From an uncultured Acidobacteriota bacterium (GTDB lineage Bacteria > Acidobacteriota > Thermoanaerobaculia > UBA5066), in NCBI GenBank assembly GCA_963779415.1, contig CAVZYA010000001.1, positions 64,001-128,000 of the forward strand: a stretch of 64,000 nt of DNA. The letters are read 5' to 3'. Position numbers and translations under genes: made by a program. The notes beneath the pieces are model-generated. The model saw nothing but the letters and a program-made list of their open reading frames with translations. It was not told the origin of the DNA and ran no database searches. Below are positions 11,244 to 22,344 of the stretch, in pieces (position 1 is the first letter of the stretch; each line of letters starts with the position of its first letter).

Positions 11244-12178
11244 TTCGGCTTCTCGGCGTCCTTCGGCGCCTTCGAGTCGAGCGCGTCGAGGAGCTTCTCG
11301 ACCTCGGGGAGCGCCGGCGAATCCGGCCACTCCTTCCGGAAGGCCCGGAGCCGCTCCGCGGCGAGGTCCTTCCTCCCGAGGGCGATCTCCACGTCGGCAC
11401 GCCGGAGCTGGGCACGCTGCCGGATCCCGGGATCCTTCGCGATGGAAAGGAGCAGATCGAGCGATTTTCCGGCTTCCTCCGGCCGGCCCGCGTCGAGCTG
11501 GATCGTGGCGAGGTAGGCGAGCGACTGCTCGCGCAGATCGGGGGGCGTCCGCGGGTCGTTTCCGAGGCGGGCGAAGCGAGGCTCGGCGAGGCCGTCACCG
11601 TTCCGGTGGAAGCATTCGCGGGCCACCTCGAAGACGAGCTTCGGGTCTCCCGGGTTCGCCTTCTCCTCCGCAAGGAGCTTCTGATACCCGACCCAGCCCC
11701 TCTCGGCCTCGGCGAAGGCCTGCACCCATCCCATCTGACTGGTCGGACCGACCTGCCTCCCCGTGACGAGCAGCTCCGGCGTGACCACGACCCACGCCGG
11801 GATCTCCTTGATCCGGAGAGTGGCGGCGAGCTTCTTCCCCTCGGGGCTCGAGAACTTCTCGAAGAGCGGCACCTTGTCCCGCGTGAAGGCGAAGAAGGAC
11901 GTCGAGGGGATCACGAGCGCCTCCATCCGGCGACACTGTCCGCAATCGTCGTCGCCGAAGAAGATCAGGATCCTCCCGTTCGGCATCTTGCGGACGGCTT
12001 CGAGCGCTTCGTTCCAGCCGGAGGTCCAGAGAACCTCGAGGCCGGCGGGGCCCGGAACGGCGGCCGGGGTCGGCGAGGGAGCCGGCGGAGGCGCCGGCGC
12101 GGTCTGGGAGAGGAGAGCGGCGAGCAGAATCGGAGAGAGCACAGATTCCCTTTCGTTTGACACCCGGGGCGGCGCCAT
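11240..12178 (-). CDS. Exported thioredoxin-fold protein with TPR-like C-terminus
   Basis: Signal-like N-terminus, CGQC motif and helical C-terminus (KEWPDSP). Overlaps the dsbD start. Start uncertain. Confidence 0.7.
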   Translation of the reverse strand: MAPPRVSNERESVLSPILLAALLSQTAPAPPPAPSPTPAAVPGPAGLEVLWTSGWNEALEAVRKMPNGRILIFFGDDDCGQCRRMEALVIPSTSFFAFTRDKVPLFEKFSSPEGKKLAATLRIKEIPAWVVVTPELLVTGRQVGPTSQMGWVQAFAEAERGWVGYQKLLAEEKANPGDPKLVFEVARECFHRNGDGLAEPRFARLGNDPRTPPDLREQSLAYLATIQLDAGRPEEAGKSLDLLLSIAKDPGIRQRAQLRRADVEIALGRKDLAAERLRAFRKEWPDSPALPEVEKLLDALDSKAPKDAEKPK

Positions 12179-12253
12179 TTATAACGCCGCTCGCGACGAG
12201 GCGGATCTCCACGCAATGGGCGTGCCGCTTGCTTTGACAGTCCGGGCGGCCGT

Positions 12254-12329
12254 GCCCAGGTAGCTCAGTTGGTAGAGCACGCGCCTGAAAAGCGCGGTGT
12301 CGCCGGTTCAATTCCGGCCTTGGGCACCA
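12254..12329 (+). tRNA. tRNA-Phe(GAA)
   Basis: GCCCAGG/CTTGGGC stem, TAGCTCAGTTGGTAGAGC D-arm, CT-GAA-AA loop, GGTTCAATTCC and CCA. Confidence 0.95.
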
Positions 12330-13256
12330 TTTTCCCCCTCCGGACGGCCCCAGTTTCCGATCACGCGAAGAGCCCCGGCGTGCATCCGGAAGACGAGGGG
12401 AGTCGCGTGCGCGACGCCGCGCGTGACGTTTCCGTCGATATGGGCGATGAGGGGCCGGTCGCTTCGAAGAATGATGGAGCGTCCGCGCCGCATCGTCGTC
12501 TTCGCGAGCCGGACGTGCGACCCGTTCAGCGCCTTGGGGAGGTGACGGAGCGCCTCGAGCTTCCGGAAGTCGCCGAGGCGGCAGAAGTCGAAGAGGCCGT
12601 CGTCCGGCTTCGCGTCCGGCGTCAGGTAGAAGCCGCCGCCGCTGGCGGGACCGATCGTCACGGCCGCGAGGATCGCAGGCCCGTCGAGGACCTCGCCGTC
12701 GACCTCCGCGATGAGGCGGAAGTTCTCCCACGTCCGGAGAACGCGGAAGACGGCGGTGAGGTAGGCCGCGAAGCCCCGGATCAGCCGAAGCTTCGCGGCG
12801 TCGGCCGCCACGGCGCCATCGAACCCGAGGCCGACGCCGTTGGCGAAGAAGCGCCCGTTCACCTCCCCGGCATCCATGGTCCGGACCGTCCTGATCGCGA
12901 AGGACGGCCGCGGCCCCCGCGATGTCCCACCGGCGGTGGCCGAGCAGCCGCGCGTAGTCGCACCCGGTCCCGGCCGGCAGGACGCCGAGGATCGGGCGCG
13001 CCTCGGGGGGGACCCTCATGAGGCCACCGACGACCTCGTTCACCGTCCCGTCCCCGCCCACCGCGACGACGATGGTGGCGCCGCCGCGCGCGCTCTCGGC
13101 GGCGAGGGCGAGTCCGTGGTCCGGCCCTTCCGTTTCGAGCCACGTCCCGATGACGCCGGCACGCTCCACCTCGGCGCGGATGCGCTGCTTCTCCCGCCCC
13201 TCCCGCCCCTTCCCTGCGGCGGGGTTCTCGATGAAAACGGTTCTCTGTTCGGACAA
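12308..13256 (-). CDS. Diacylglycerol/lipid kinase family protein, YegS/DagK-like (frameshift near 12900)
   Basis: FIENPAAG, GGDGTVNEV, LPAGTGCDYAR, FANGVGLGFDG, AKPDDGLFD and HIDG motifs. Confidence 0.85.
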
Positions 13257-13284
13257 CGGGTAACATTCTAGAGGAGAGGGAACC

Positions 13285-13795
13285 GTGGCCGTACTCCGAG
13301 TCGTCCGCCTGGGCGCGAAGGTCCTCCGGACCCGCGCTTCCGAGATCGAGACCGCCGACCTGAAGAAAGGGCGCCTGAAGCCTTTCTTCGAAGACCTGAT
13401 GGAGACGATGGCCGAGTACAACGGAACGGGGCTCGCCGCGCCGCAGGTCTCGCAGCCGCTCCGCGTCGTCCTCTACGAGATCCAGAGCGAGAGCCGCGCC
13501 AAGGGGCTCTCCGTCCCGCCGACGATTCTGGTGAACCCGCGGCTTCGAGATCCTCGATCCATCGGAGACGGAGGAGTACGAGGCGTGCCTCTCGGTCCCG
13601 TTCCTCGCGGCGAAGGTCCCGCGCCCGCGGAAGATCCGGGTGAGAGCGCTCGACCGGACCGGCAAGCCGCTCGAATTCGTCGCCGAAGACTTTCACGCCC
13701 GCGTCGTCCTGCACGAGAGCGACCATCTCGACGGGACGGTCTACCTGGACCGGGTGAAGGACCGCGCTTCGATCCGCTACACGATTGACTATTGA
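13285..13795 (+). CDS. def: Peptide deformylase (frameshift near 13545)
   Basis: GTGLAAPQV motif 1, then EACLSVP and HESDHLDG in the shifted frame. Confidence 0.9.
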
Positions 13796-14019
13796 GTGAA
13801 CCGCCTCTCTCCCCGAAGCACGCGCTGGTTCTCCTGAAGTACCGGCCGGTCTGCATCTGCAACACGGTCCGTTATCCGCGCGTGAAGGAAGCGATCGACG
13901 CGGGGGCCCGGAGCGTGGAGGAGGTCGCGAAGGCGACCGGCTGCACGACGGGGGAATGCCGGGGCGAGCGCTGCCTCCCCGTCATCCGGGCGCTGCTGGA
14001 GGAGTTCGCCGCGCGCTGA
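13792..14019 (+). CDS. Bfd-like [2Fe-2S]-binding protein
   Basis: VCICN...ARSVEEV...TGCTTGECRGERC pattern. Confidence 0.75.
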   Translation: MSEPPLSPKHALVLLKYRPVCICNTVRYPRVKEAIDAGARSVEEVAKATGCTTGECRGERCLPVIRALLEEFAAR

Positions 14020-14068
14020 GGCCAACCGGCGGGGCGGATTCGACGAGCGTCACGAGCCCACGGCGGAT

Positions 14069-14115
14069 TGTGAGCGGGATCACCAGTTGCGACTGAGGCT
14101 CAATTTCTAGAGAAT
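14069..14115 (+). promoter_or_regulatory. Putative promoter with a CRP/FNR-like site and a degenerate palindrome
   Basis: TGTGA-N6-TCACC at 14069-14084. TTGCGA-N17-GAGAAT overlaps TGCGAC-TGA-GGCTCA. Confidence 0.35.
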
Positions 14116-14172
14116 GGGCCGTCCGGTGGATTGATCCGTCGAGGGCCAGGCTTCACGGCCAAGGAGGTGTTC

Positions 14173-16866
14173 GTGAAACACGTGCTCGCATCGATCGGCG
14201 TTCTCGTCGCGACCGTCGCCGCGCCCGTCCTCCGCGCGCAGAGTCCGCCCACCGTCTTCGTCTACACGGTCCCGGGCGTCGCGAAGGCGCCGGGGCGGAA
14301 CGGGACGCACTTCGTCACGGACGCGGTGATCACAAACCCGGGCTCCACGCCGGCGATCGTGTCGTACGCGATCGTCCCCGCCGTCGGGACGGCGCCCCCT
14401 TCCCGGCATTCCTGACGCCGGGGCAGAGCGTGACGGTGACGGACGTGGTGGGACGCTCTTCGGGGCGGGCGCGGGCTCCGGGGCGCTGACGGTGACGGGC
14501 CTGGCGCCGCTCGTCATCCGTGCGAAGACGTACAACGACGCGTCCACGGGGACGTACGGCGTCGCCCTGCCGGTCTACACGGACGACCGTTTCCTCGTGT
14601 CGGGCGAGACGGGCCACAGCCTCTGGGTCAGCCAGAGCGCCGACCCGAACTCGGGCTACCGGACGAACGTCACGGTCGTCTTTCCGGACGGGGGGGGCGG
14701 GTCGGCGACGGTGACGGTCTTCGACGGCGGTGGGAACCAGATCGGCCAGCAGCTCTTCTCGATGACGTCGGCGGGGGTGCAGCAGCTCGGGGTGGGGACC
14801 TTCTCATCCCCGTCGAACGTGGCGCGGGCGTCAATCGTGGTCACGAGCGGCCGCGCGGCGGCCTATACCTCCGTCGTCGACAACGTGACGGGGGACTCGT
14901 CGCTCTTCACCTTCGACGACCTCCCGGCCGGCCCGCAGGACGTTCTTCTCAACGGCGTGGCGTACGCGAACGGGAAGAACGGGACGTTTTTCCGGAGCGA
15001 CGGGCGATTCTTCAACCCGGGAGCGACGGACGCGGCGGTGACGCTTCTGTTCCACGCGAAAGGGACGAGCAACCCGTCTCCCGCGCAGGCCACGGTGATG
15101 GTACCGGCCGGGAAGATCGTGGACGCCACGAACCTCGTCGGGGGGCTGCTGGGGCAGCCGGTGGACTCGTCGGGAGCGCTGCGGATCACGTCGGACTCGC
15201 CTGTGGGGATCCTCTGCCGGACCTCGAACGTCGACCCGACGGGCGCGAAGCCGGGGACATACGGGGCGCAGCAGCGGCCGGTGCCGATCCTTTCGTTCCT
15301 CTCCTCGGCCGACGCCGGGGCGCTGATCACGGGAGTGCGGCAGAACGCGGCCTTCCGGACGAACATCGCTCTGGCGGCCGGGCCCGGCGGGGCGACGGCG
15401 CACTTTACGCTGAAGGGGGCGGATGGAACCGTGGCCGGAACGGCGACGCAGAGCCTTGGGCCGTGGGGCTGGGCGCAGACGGCCGTGAACGTCCTCTTCG
15501 CGGGAGTCACGATACCGGACAACGCGGAGGTCTCCGTGACTCTGACGCAGGGGAGCGGCGACCTGTTCGACTCCTCGGTGGACAGTGGCTCAGGCGACTC
15601 GGTCGTGACGGCGGCGCCCGCCGTGCCGGTCTCGATCCCCACGAGCGCGACGATCGGGCCTTCGGGTGGCTCGATCCAGTCAGACGACGGACGGCTGACG
15701 CTGAAGATCCCGGCGGGAGCCCTCGCGACGCCGACGGCCTTCTCGGTCGTGACGGGTGCCAACGGCGCGCCCGGCGCTGTCGGATCCGGCTACACGATCT
15801 CGCCGGCAGGGGCCGCCTTCGCGAGCCCGGTCCGGATCGTGATGGCCTACGGCCGGGAGGAGACGAACGGCTCGGCGCCGCAGTACCTCGGCATCGCCTG
15901 GCAGGGAACGTCGTCCTGGTACGGGCCGGCCAGCCAGTCCGTCGACACGTTCGCGAGGACGATCGCGGCCGACGTGCCGTCACTCCAGATCGCCTCGGCC
16001 CGCTCGGCGGCGTCCCGAACTCCCCTCGCCGGCTTCGGCGCCTCGGTCGGGACATACGCCAGAGTCATCATTCACGGTTTTCCTTTCGCCGTTCAGGGCG
16101 GCACGCGGAATTTCTCGGCCGAGGTCGTGAACATCGGCCCCAACGGCTCGGTCATCCAGCTCGAAGGGGTGGATCCCGCGAACTTCAACTACTACTGGCT
16201 CGTAACGGATCCCCAAGGGGGAAGCTTCGACGGGGCACAGAACGCATACGGGTCGACGGTAACCTACACGGCGCCGGACTGCCCCCCCGCGTCGCGCGTC
16301 GAGGTGACGCTCGACATCCACTCCATGGACGGCGGGCCGATCGCTTCCGTGAAGACGTTCGTCCGGGTGCTCTGGAAGAACTGGACCTACCGGCTCACGG
16401 AGGTCGACACGGTGGCCTGCAGCTCGAATCTGGCCGGGTGGGGCTACACGACCGATTCGAGCGCCGAGGTCGACTTTTCGCTGGCGCCGGACGGGTTGGC
16501 GACGAACGTCAATCTGTCGTCCGAGCCCGCAGAACGTCACGCTCACGACGTGCGGGGCGACGATCGGTGGCTGCACGTATGCGCTCTTCACCCCGTACCC
16601 GATCCAGGTGGACTCGTTCAACGGCACCTATCTCCTGACGGCGGACGCCATCGTCTTCTCCTGCAACTACCACCACATGGGGAGCCCCGGCGTTACGATT
16701 TCATGCCCTGAGGGCAGCGGCGGCCAGTCTGCCGCGCCGGGGACGCTCGACTACAGCACGAACGTCCATGTCGATCCGTTACAGAGGCGCGGCGTCGCCA
16801 CCTTCTCCCGGCGCGGTGAGCTCCCTGACTCTGGAGATGAGGCCCGTCAAGGGGACCTGTCCGTAG
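14173..16866 (+). CDS. Large secreted protein, paralog of 6630-9353 (frameshifts near 14400-14470, 16530 and 16810)
   Basis: AAGGAGGT RBS, GTG start and signal peptide. It shares near-identical motifs with the paralog ([55 protein letters not shown]) and ends KGTCP*. Confidence 0.75.
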
Positions 16867-16976
16867 GCCCGCCGGCGCCAGCGGCTTCGACGCCCCGATC
16901 CGCTCCGCGGGCCCTCGGCGTACCTCTATGTAGAATCCGGGCGGGGCTCGGAACGGGCCCCGTCCGAGGAGCCGAA

Positions 16977-17686
<710 letters not shown>

Positions 17687-17690
<4 letters not shown>

Positions 17691-19420
17691 GCGCCGTCGC
17701 CGCCCCGCCGGGACTCGACTTCGCGGCGGTCCTCGCGAACCGGTTTCCCGGGAAGACCTCCGTCGAGACCCGGCCGGCGGCCGACATCCCGACGATCGCC
17801 GTCGACCGGTCGGTCTGGCACGAGGTCGCGCTCTTCCTCCGCGACGACCCGTCGACGAAGTACGACCTCTTCCTGGACCTGGCGTCCCTCGACACTTCGC
17901 GGCTGCCGGCGCCGCAGGCGCCCCGCGACGGGAACCGTTTTCAGGCCCACAACGTCCTCTACTCGACCTCCCGGAACGCCCATCTCCGGGTCCGCGTGAC
18001 GGCTCCGGAGAAGGACGCGTCTCTCCCGAGCGTGACGGACGTCTGGCCGGCGGCCAACTGGTTCGAGCGCGAGGCCTGGGACCTGATGGGGATCCGCTTT
18101 CCCGGGCATCCGAACCTGAACCGCCTCCTGACGCACAACGGCTTCGTCGGGCACGCGCTCCGGAAGGACTACGAAGCCGCCCAGCGGTGGCTCTGCACGG
18201 AGGAGGACCTCCTTCAGACCCAGCTCGCCGCGAAGACGGATGTCGCCGAGGATCTCTTCGAGACGACGACGCTGAACTTGGGACCGTCGCACAACGCGAC
18301 GCACGGCACCCTCCGCGTCGTCGTGAAGCTCGACGGCGAGCGGATCGTGGCGGCCGAGGGGGAGTGCGGCTACCTCCACCGCTGCTTCGAGAAAATGTCC
18401 GAGACGCACACCTGGGTGCAGGTCGTCCCGTACACCGACCGGCTGAACTACTGCTCGCCGATGATCAACGGCTTCGGTTACGCGCGAGCGGTGGAGCAGC
18501 TCGTCGGCGTCGAGGTGCCGCCGCGCGCGCAGGCGGTCCGGACGATCCTCTCCGAGTTCAACCGGATCATGGACCACATGGTCTGCATCGGGACGAACCT
18601 CGTCGACCTCGGCGGCCTGACCCCGTTCTGGTACGCGTACCAGTCGCGCGAGGAGATCTACGGCCTTCTCGAGGCGTGCTGCGGAGCGCGGCTCACGTCG
18701 TCCTACGCGAGGATCGGAGGGCTCTCGAACGACGTGCCGGCGAACTTCGTCGAGTGGTCGCGCTCCCTCTTCCCGAAGATCGAGCAGAACATCGCCGACG
18801 TCGACCGACTCATCACGAAGAACCGGATCGCCCAGGACCGGATGCGGGGGACCGGGGTCGTCTCCCGCGACATGGCGATCGCGTACGGATTCACCGGTCC
18901 GTGCGGCCGGGCCTCGGGCCTCGCCTACGACGTCCGGAAGGACGCACCGTACGAGTTCTATGGCGAGGTCGACTTCGATGTCCCCGTCTCGAACGACGGC
19001 GACAACTACGCGCGCTACCTCGTCCGGATGGAGGAGATGCGGCAGTCGCTCCGGATCATCGACCAGGTCCTGAAGAAGCTCCCCGGCGGGCCGGTGACGA
19101 CGGACGACTATCGCGTGGCCCTTCCACCGAAGGAGATGGTCTACAACGAAATGGAGGCGCTGATCTACCACTTCAAGGTGGTCTTCGAGGGAGCGAAAGT
19201 GCCTCCGGGCGAGATCTACTCCTGGGTGGAGGGGGCGAACGGCGAGCTGGGCTACACGCTCGTCTCGGACGGTAGCGGGCTGCCGTACCGCGTGAAAGTC
19301 CGCCCCCCCTGCTTCCCCCTCTTCGCCGCCTTCGAGAAGATCGCCGTCGGAGGCCTCGTTGCGGATGCTGTGGCCACGCTCGGCATGCTGAACATCATCG
19401 CCGGCGAACTGGACCGCTGA
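17687..19420 (+). CDS. nuoCD: NADH-quinone oxidoreductase subunit C/D fusion
   Basis: NuoC part [20 protein letters not shown] and HALRKDY; NuoD part [31 protein letters not shown] and GELDR. Confidence 0.92.
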
Positions 19421-19432
19421 AGGAGACCGCCG

Positions 19433-20116
19433 ATGGCCGCGCGCGTCGTGAACCTCTCCGCCCCCCCGATGACCTTCGCCCAGCGCCTCTACCTGATCGA
19501 GATCGTGAAAGGGATGGCCCGGACGCTGGGACACTTCCTCAGGAACCTCGCGGACATGAAGCGGCTTCCGACGATCCAGTACCCCGAGATGCGGCGGAAG
19601 TACTCCGAACGGTTCCGGGGGCGTCACATCCTGAAGACCCGAGAGGACGGGACCCTCCGCTGCGTCGCCTGCTACATGTGCGAGACGGCCTGTCCGGCCG
19701 ACTGCATTCACATCGAGGCGGGGGAGCACCCGGTCCTCGCGTACGAGAAGTACCCCGTCAAGTTCGAGATCGACATGCTCCGGTGCGTCTTCTGTGGCTA
19801 CTGCGTCGACGCCTGCCCGAAGGACGCCATCTGGATGACGAAGGACTACGAGCTGTCGTACTTCGACCGCAAGAGCGCGATCTTCGGCATCGAGAAGCTG
19901 ACGGAAAAGCCGGAGGACACGGCTGCGGAGGGCCCGGGCTACGGCTACCGCCCCTACTACGGCGAGAGCCCGAAGCGGAAGGCGGGGGAGTTCGAGCCTT
20001 CGGGATTGACGCTCCTGCCGCTTCTCGCCAGGCGTGGCGAGGCGATCAACCGGATGCCGGCGCCACCGCCGCCGAAGCCCGCGACGACGCCGCCGCCCCA
20101 GGCGAAGACGGCGTAG
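19433..20116 (+). CDS. nuoI: NADH-quinone oxidoreductase subunit I
   Basis: TIQYPE, RFRGRH and two 4Fe-4S motifs (CVACYMCETACP, CVFCGYCVDACP). Confidence 0.93.
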   Translation: MAARVVNLSAPPMTFAQRLYLIEIVKGMARTLGHFLRNLADMKRLPTIQYPEMRRKYSERFRGRHILKTREDGTLRCVACYMCETACPADCIHIEAGEHPVLAYEKYPVKFEIDMLRCVFCGYCVDACPKDAIWMTKDYELSYFDRKSAIFGIEKLTEKPEDTAAEGPGYGYRPYYGESPKRKAGEFEPSGLTLLPLLARRGEAINRMPAPPPPKPATTPPPQAKTA

Positions 20117-20118
20117 GA

Positions 20119-22344
20119 ATGGGCGAGCGCCGGCTCGCGATCCTCACCAGCGGCGGGGATGCCCCCGGAATGAACGCCGTCGTCCGTGCGGCGGTACGGA
20201 CGGCGCTCTCCCGCGAAGCGGTCCCGTTCGCCGTCGCGGACGGGTTCCAGGGCCTCGTCGACGGCGGAGACCGGATCCGCGCGTTGAGCTGGTCCTCCGT
20301 CGGCGGCATTCTCCACCTCGGCGGCACGGTCATCGGGACGGCGCGCTGCGCCGCGTTCTTCGGCCGGGAGGGCCGACGGACGGCCGCCCGGAATCTCCTC
20401 GAAAGACGGATAGACGCCCTCATCTGCGTCGGCGGAGACGGGACGCTCACCGGAGCGGACACCCTGAGGCGCGAATGGCCCTCGCTCGTGGCCGAGCTGG
20501 CGGAGCGGGGCGACATCCCGCCCGACGCCGCCGAACGGCACCCGTTCCTCGCACTCGTCGGGCTCGCCGGCTCGATCGACAACGACATGCCGGGCACCGA
20601 CATGACGCTCGGCGCCGACACGGCGCTTCACCGGATCACCGAAGCCGTCGATGCCCTCACGAGCACAGCCGCGAGCCACCAGCGGGCCTTCGTCGTGGAG
20701 GTGATGGGACGCCGGTGCGGGTACCTCGCGCTGATGAGCGCCCTCGCGACTGGGGCGAGCTGGGTCCTGATCCCCGAGGCGCCCCCGGACGAAGGCTGGG
20801 AAGACCGGATGTGCGCGCGGATCCGCGAGGGACGGAGAGGCGGGCGGCGGCACTCGACGGTCATCGTCGCGGAGGGAGCGGTCGACCGGCGTGGCGCGAC
20901 GATCACGGCCGACCGCATCCGGGCGGTCCTGGAGGAGCGGCTCGGCGTCGAGGCGCGAACGACCGTCCTCGGCCACGTGCAGCGCGGAGGGGCGCCGAGC
21001 GCGTTCGATCGGGTGATGGGAACGCTGCTCGGCCATGCGGCCGTCGAGGAGGCGCTGGCCTTCAGACCCGATTCGATCCCGCAGCTGATCGGACTGAAGG
21101 AGAACCGGATCCAGAAGACGCCGCTGGCGGAATGCGTGGACCGGGCTCGCGCGGTCACGGAGGCTCTCGGAGCGGGCAACTTCGAAGGGGCGCTTTCTCT
21201 CCGCAGCGGAAGCTTCCGCGAAGCGTTCGAGGTTCTCCGGACGCTCGTTCGGGCGCATCCGCAGGAGGCGCCCCCCGGGACCCGCCGCTTCCGGATCGCC
21301 CTCTTGAACGCGGGAGCCCCCGCCCCGGGAATGAACACGGCAGCCCGCACCTTCGTCCGGATCCTCCTCGACCGGGGACACGAGGCGCTCGGCGTGCGGA
21401 ACGGATTCGTGGGGCTCATGGAGGGGACGGTCGAGGAGCTTTCCTGGATGAGCGTCCACGGCTGGGTGAGCCGGGGGGGCGCCGAGCTGGGGACGAACCG
21501 GAAGGTGCCGGACGGCGCCGATTGGGGAGCGGTCGCACGCACCCTCTCCGCGAGCCGCGTGGACGGCCTCCTCGTCGTGGGGGGCTTCACGGGATGCGAG
21601 GCCGCATGGCGGCTTCTCCGGGCCCGGGAGGAGTACGCGGCGCTGAACATCCCGGTGGTCTGCCTGCCGGCAGCCATCGACAACAACCTTCCGGGAGCCG
21701 AGCTGGCGCTCGGCGCGGATACCGCCCTGAACTCCATCGTCGAAGCCGTCGACAAGATCAAGCAGTCGGCGGTGGCGTGGCGGCGCGCCTTCGTCGTCGA
21801 GGTGATGGGGGCCTGGTGCGGCTACCTCGCGACGGCGGCCGGGCTCGCGACCGGAGCGGAGAGGGTGTACATCCACGAGGATCCCCTCACGATGGCGCGG
21901 CTCGAACAGGACGTACGCGACCTCTCGGACGGCTTTGCGAGGGGCAAGAGGCTCGGCCTCGTCATCCGGAACGAGAACGCGCACACGGTCTTCTCGACGG
22001 CTTTCCTCCGCCGCCTCTTCGAGGCGGAAGGGAAAGGGCTCTTCGACGCCCGCCAGGCGATCCTCGGCCACCTCCAGCAGGGGGGAAACCCGACGCCGTT
22101 CGACCGGATCCTCGCGACGCGCCTCGCGGTCCGCTGCGCGGATTTCCTCCTCGAGGCGTGCCGGAAGGGGGAGGCGCCGGCCTCCTTCATGGGTTTCGAG
22201 GGAGGACGCCTCCGGTTCGTCGACTTCGCCCAGTTCACGTCGATGGTGGAGCGGGAGTTCCGGCGCTCGAAGAACCGGTGGTGGCGCTCGTATGAGCCCG
22301 TCGCGGATCTGCTCGACCGGCCGGGGCCGGGGGCCGGCGCTTGA
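20119..22344 (+). CDS. pfkA: ATP-dependent 6-phosphofructokinase, tandem-duplicated eukaryote-type architecture
   Basis: N-half TSGGDAPGMN, GGDGT, GSIDND, EVMGRRCG and LGHVQRGG. C-half GAPAPGMN, AAIDNNLPG, EVMGAWCG and LGHLQQGGNPTPFDR. Confidence 0.9.
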   Translation: MGERRLAILTSGGDAPGMNAVVRAAVRTALSREAVPFAVADGFQGLVDGGDRIRALSWSSVGGILHLGGTVIGTARCAAFFGREGRRTAARNLLERRIDALICVGGDGTLTGADTLRREWPSLVAELAERGDIPPDAAERHPFLALVGLAGSIDNDMPGTDMTLGADTALHRITEAVDALTSTAASHQRAFVVEVMGRRCGYLALMSALATGASWVLIPEAPPDEGWEDRMCARIREGRRGGRRHSTVIVAEGAVDRRGATITADRIRAVLEERLGVEARTTVLGHVQRGGAPSAFDRVMGTLLGHAAVEEALAFRPDSIPQLIGLKENRIQKTPLAECVDRARAVTEALGAGNFEGALSLRSGSFREAFEVLRTLVRAHPQEAPPGTRRFRIALLNAGAPAPGMNTAARTFVRILLDRGHEALGVRNGFVGLMEGTVEELSWMSVHGWVSRGGAELGTNRKVPDGADWGAVARTLSASRVDGLLVVGGFTGCEAAWRLLRAREEYAALNIPVVCLPAAIDNNLPGAELALGADTALNSIVEAVDKIKQSAVAWRRAFVVEVMGAWCGYLATAAGLATGAERVYIHEDPLTMARLEQDVRDLSDGFARGKRLGLVIRNENAHTVFSTAFLRRLFEAEGKGLFDARQAILGHLQQGGNPTPFDRILATRLAVRCADFLLEACRKGEAPASFMGFEGGRLRFVDFAQFTSMVEREFRRSKNRWWRSYEPVADLLDRPGPGAGA

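Noticed and set aside
5078-12329. tRNA-anchored prophage or island
   Set aside because: No duplicated tRNA 3' end and no integrase seen; genes next to the tRNAs look like core genes.
6630-16866. Diversity-generating retroelement behind the variable C-termini
   Set aside because: No reverse transcriptase and no template/variable repeat pair differing at adenines.
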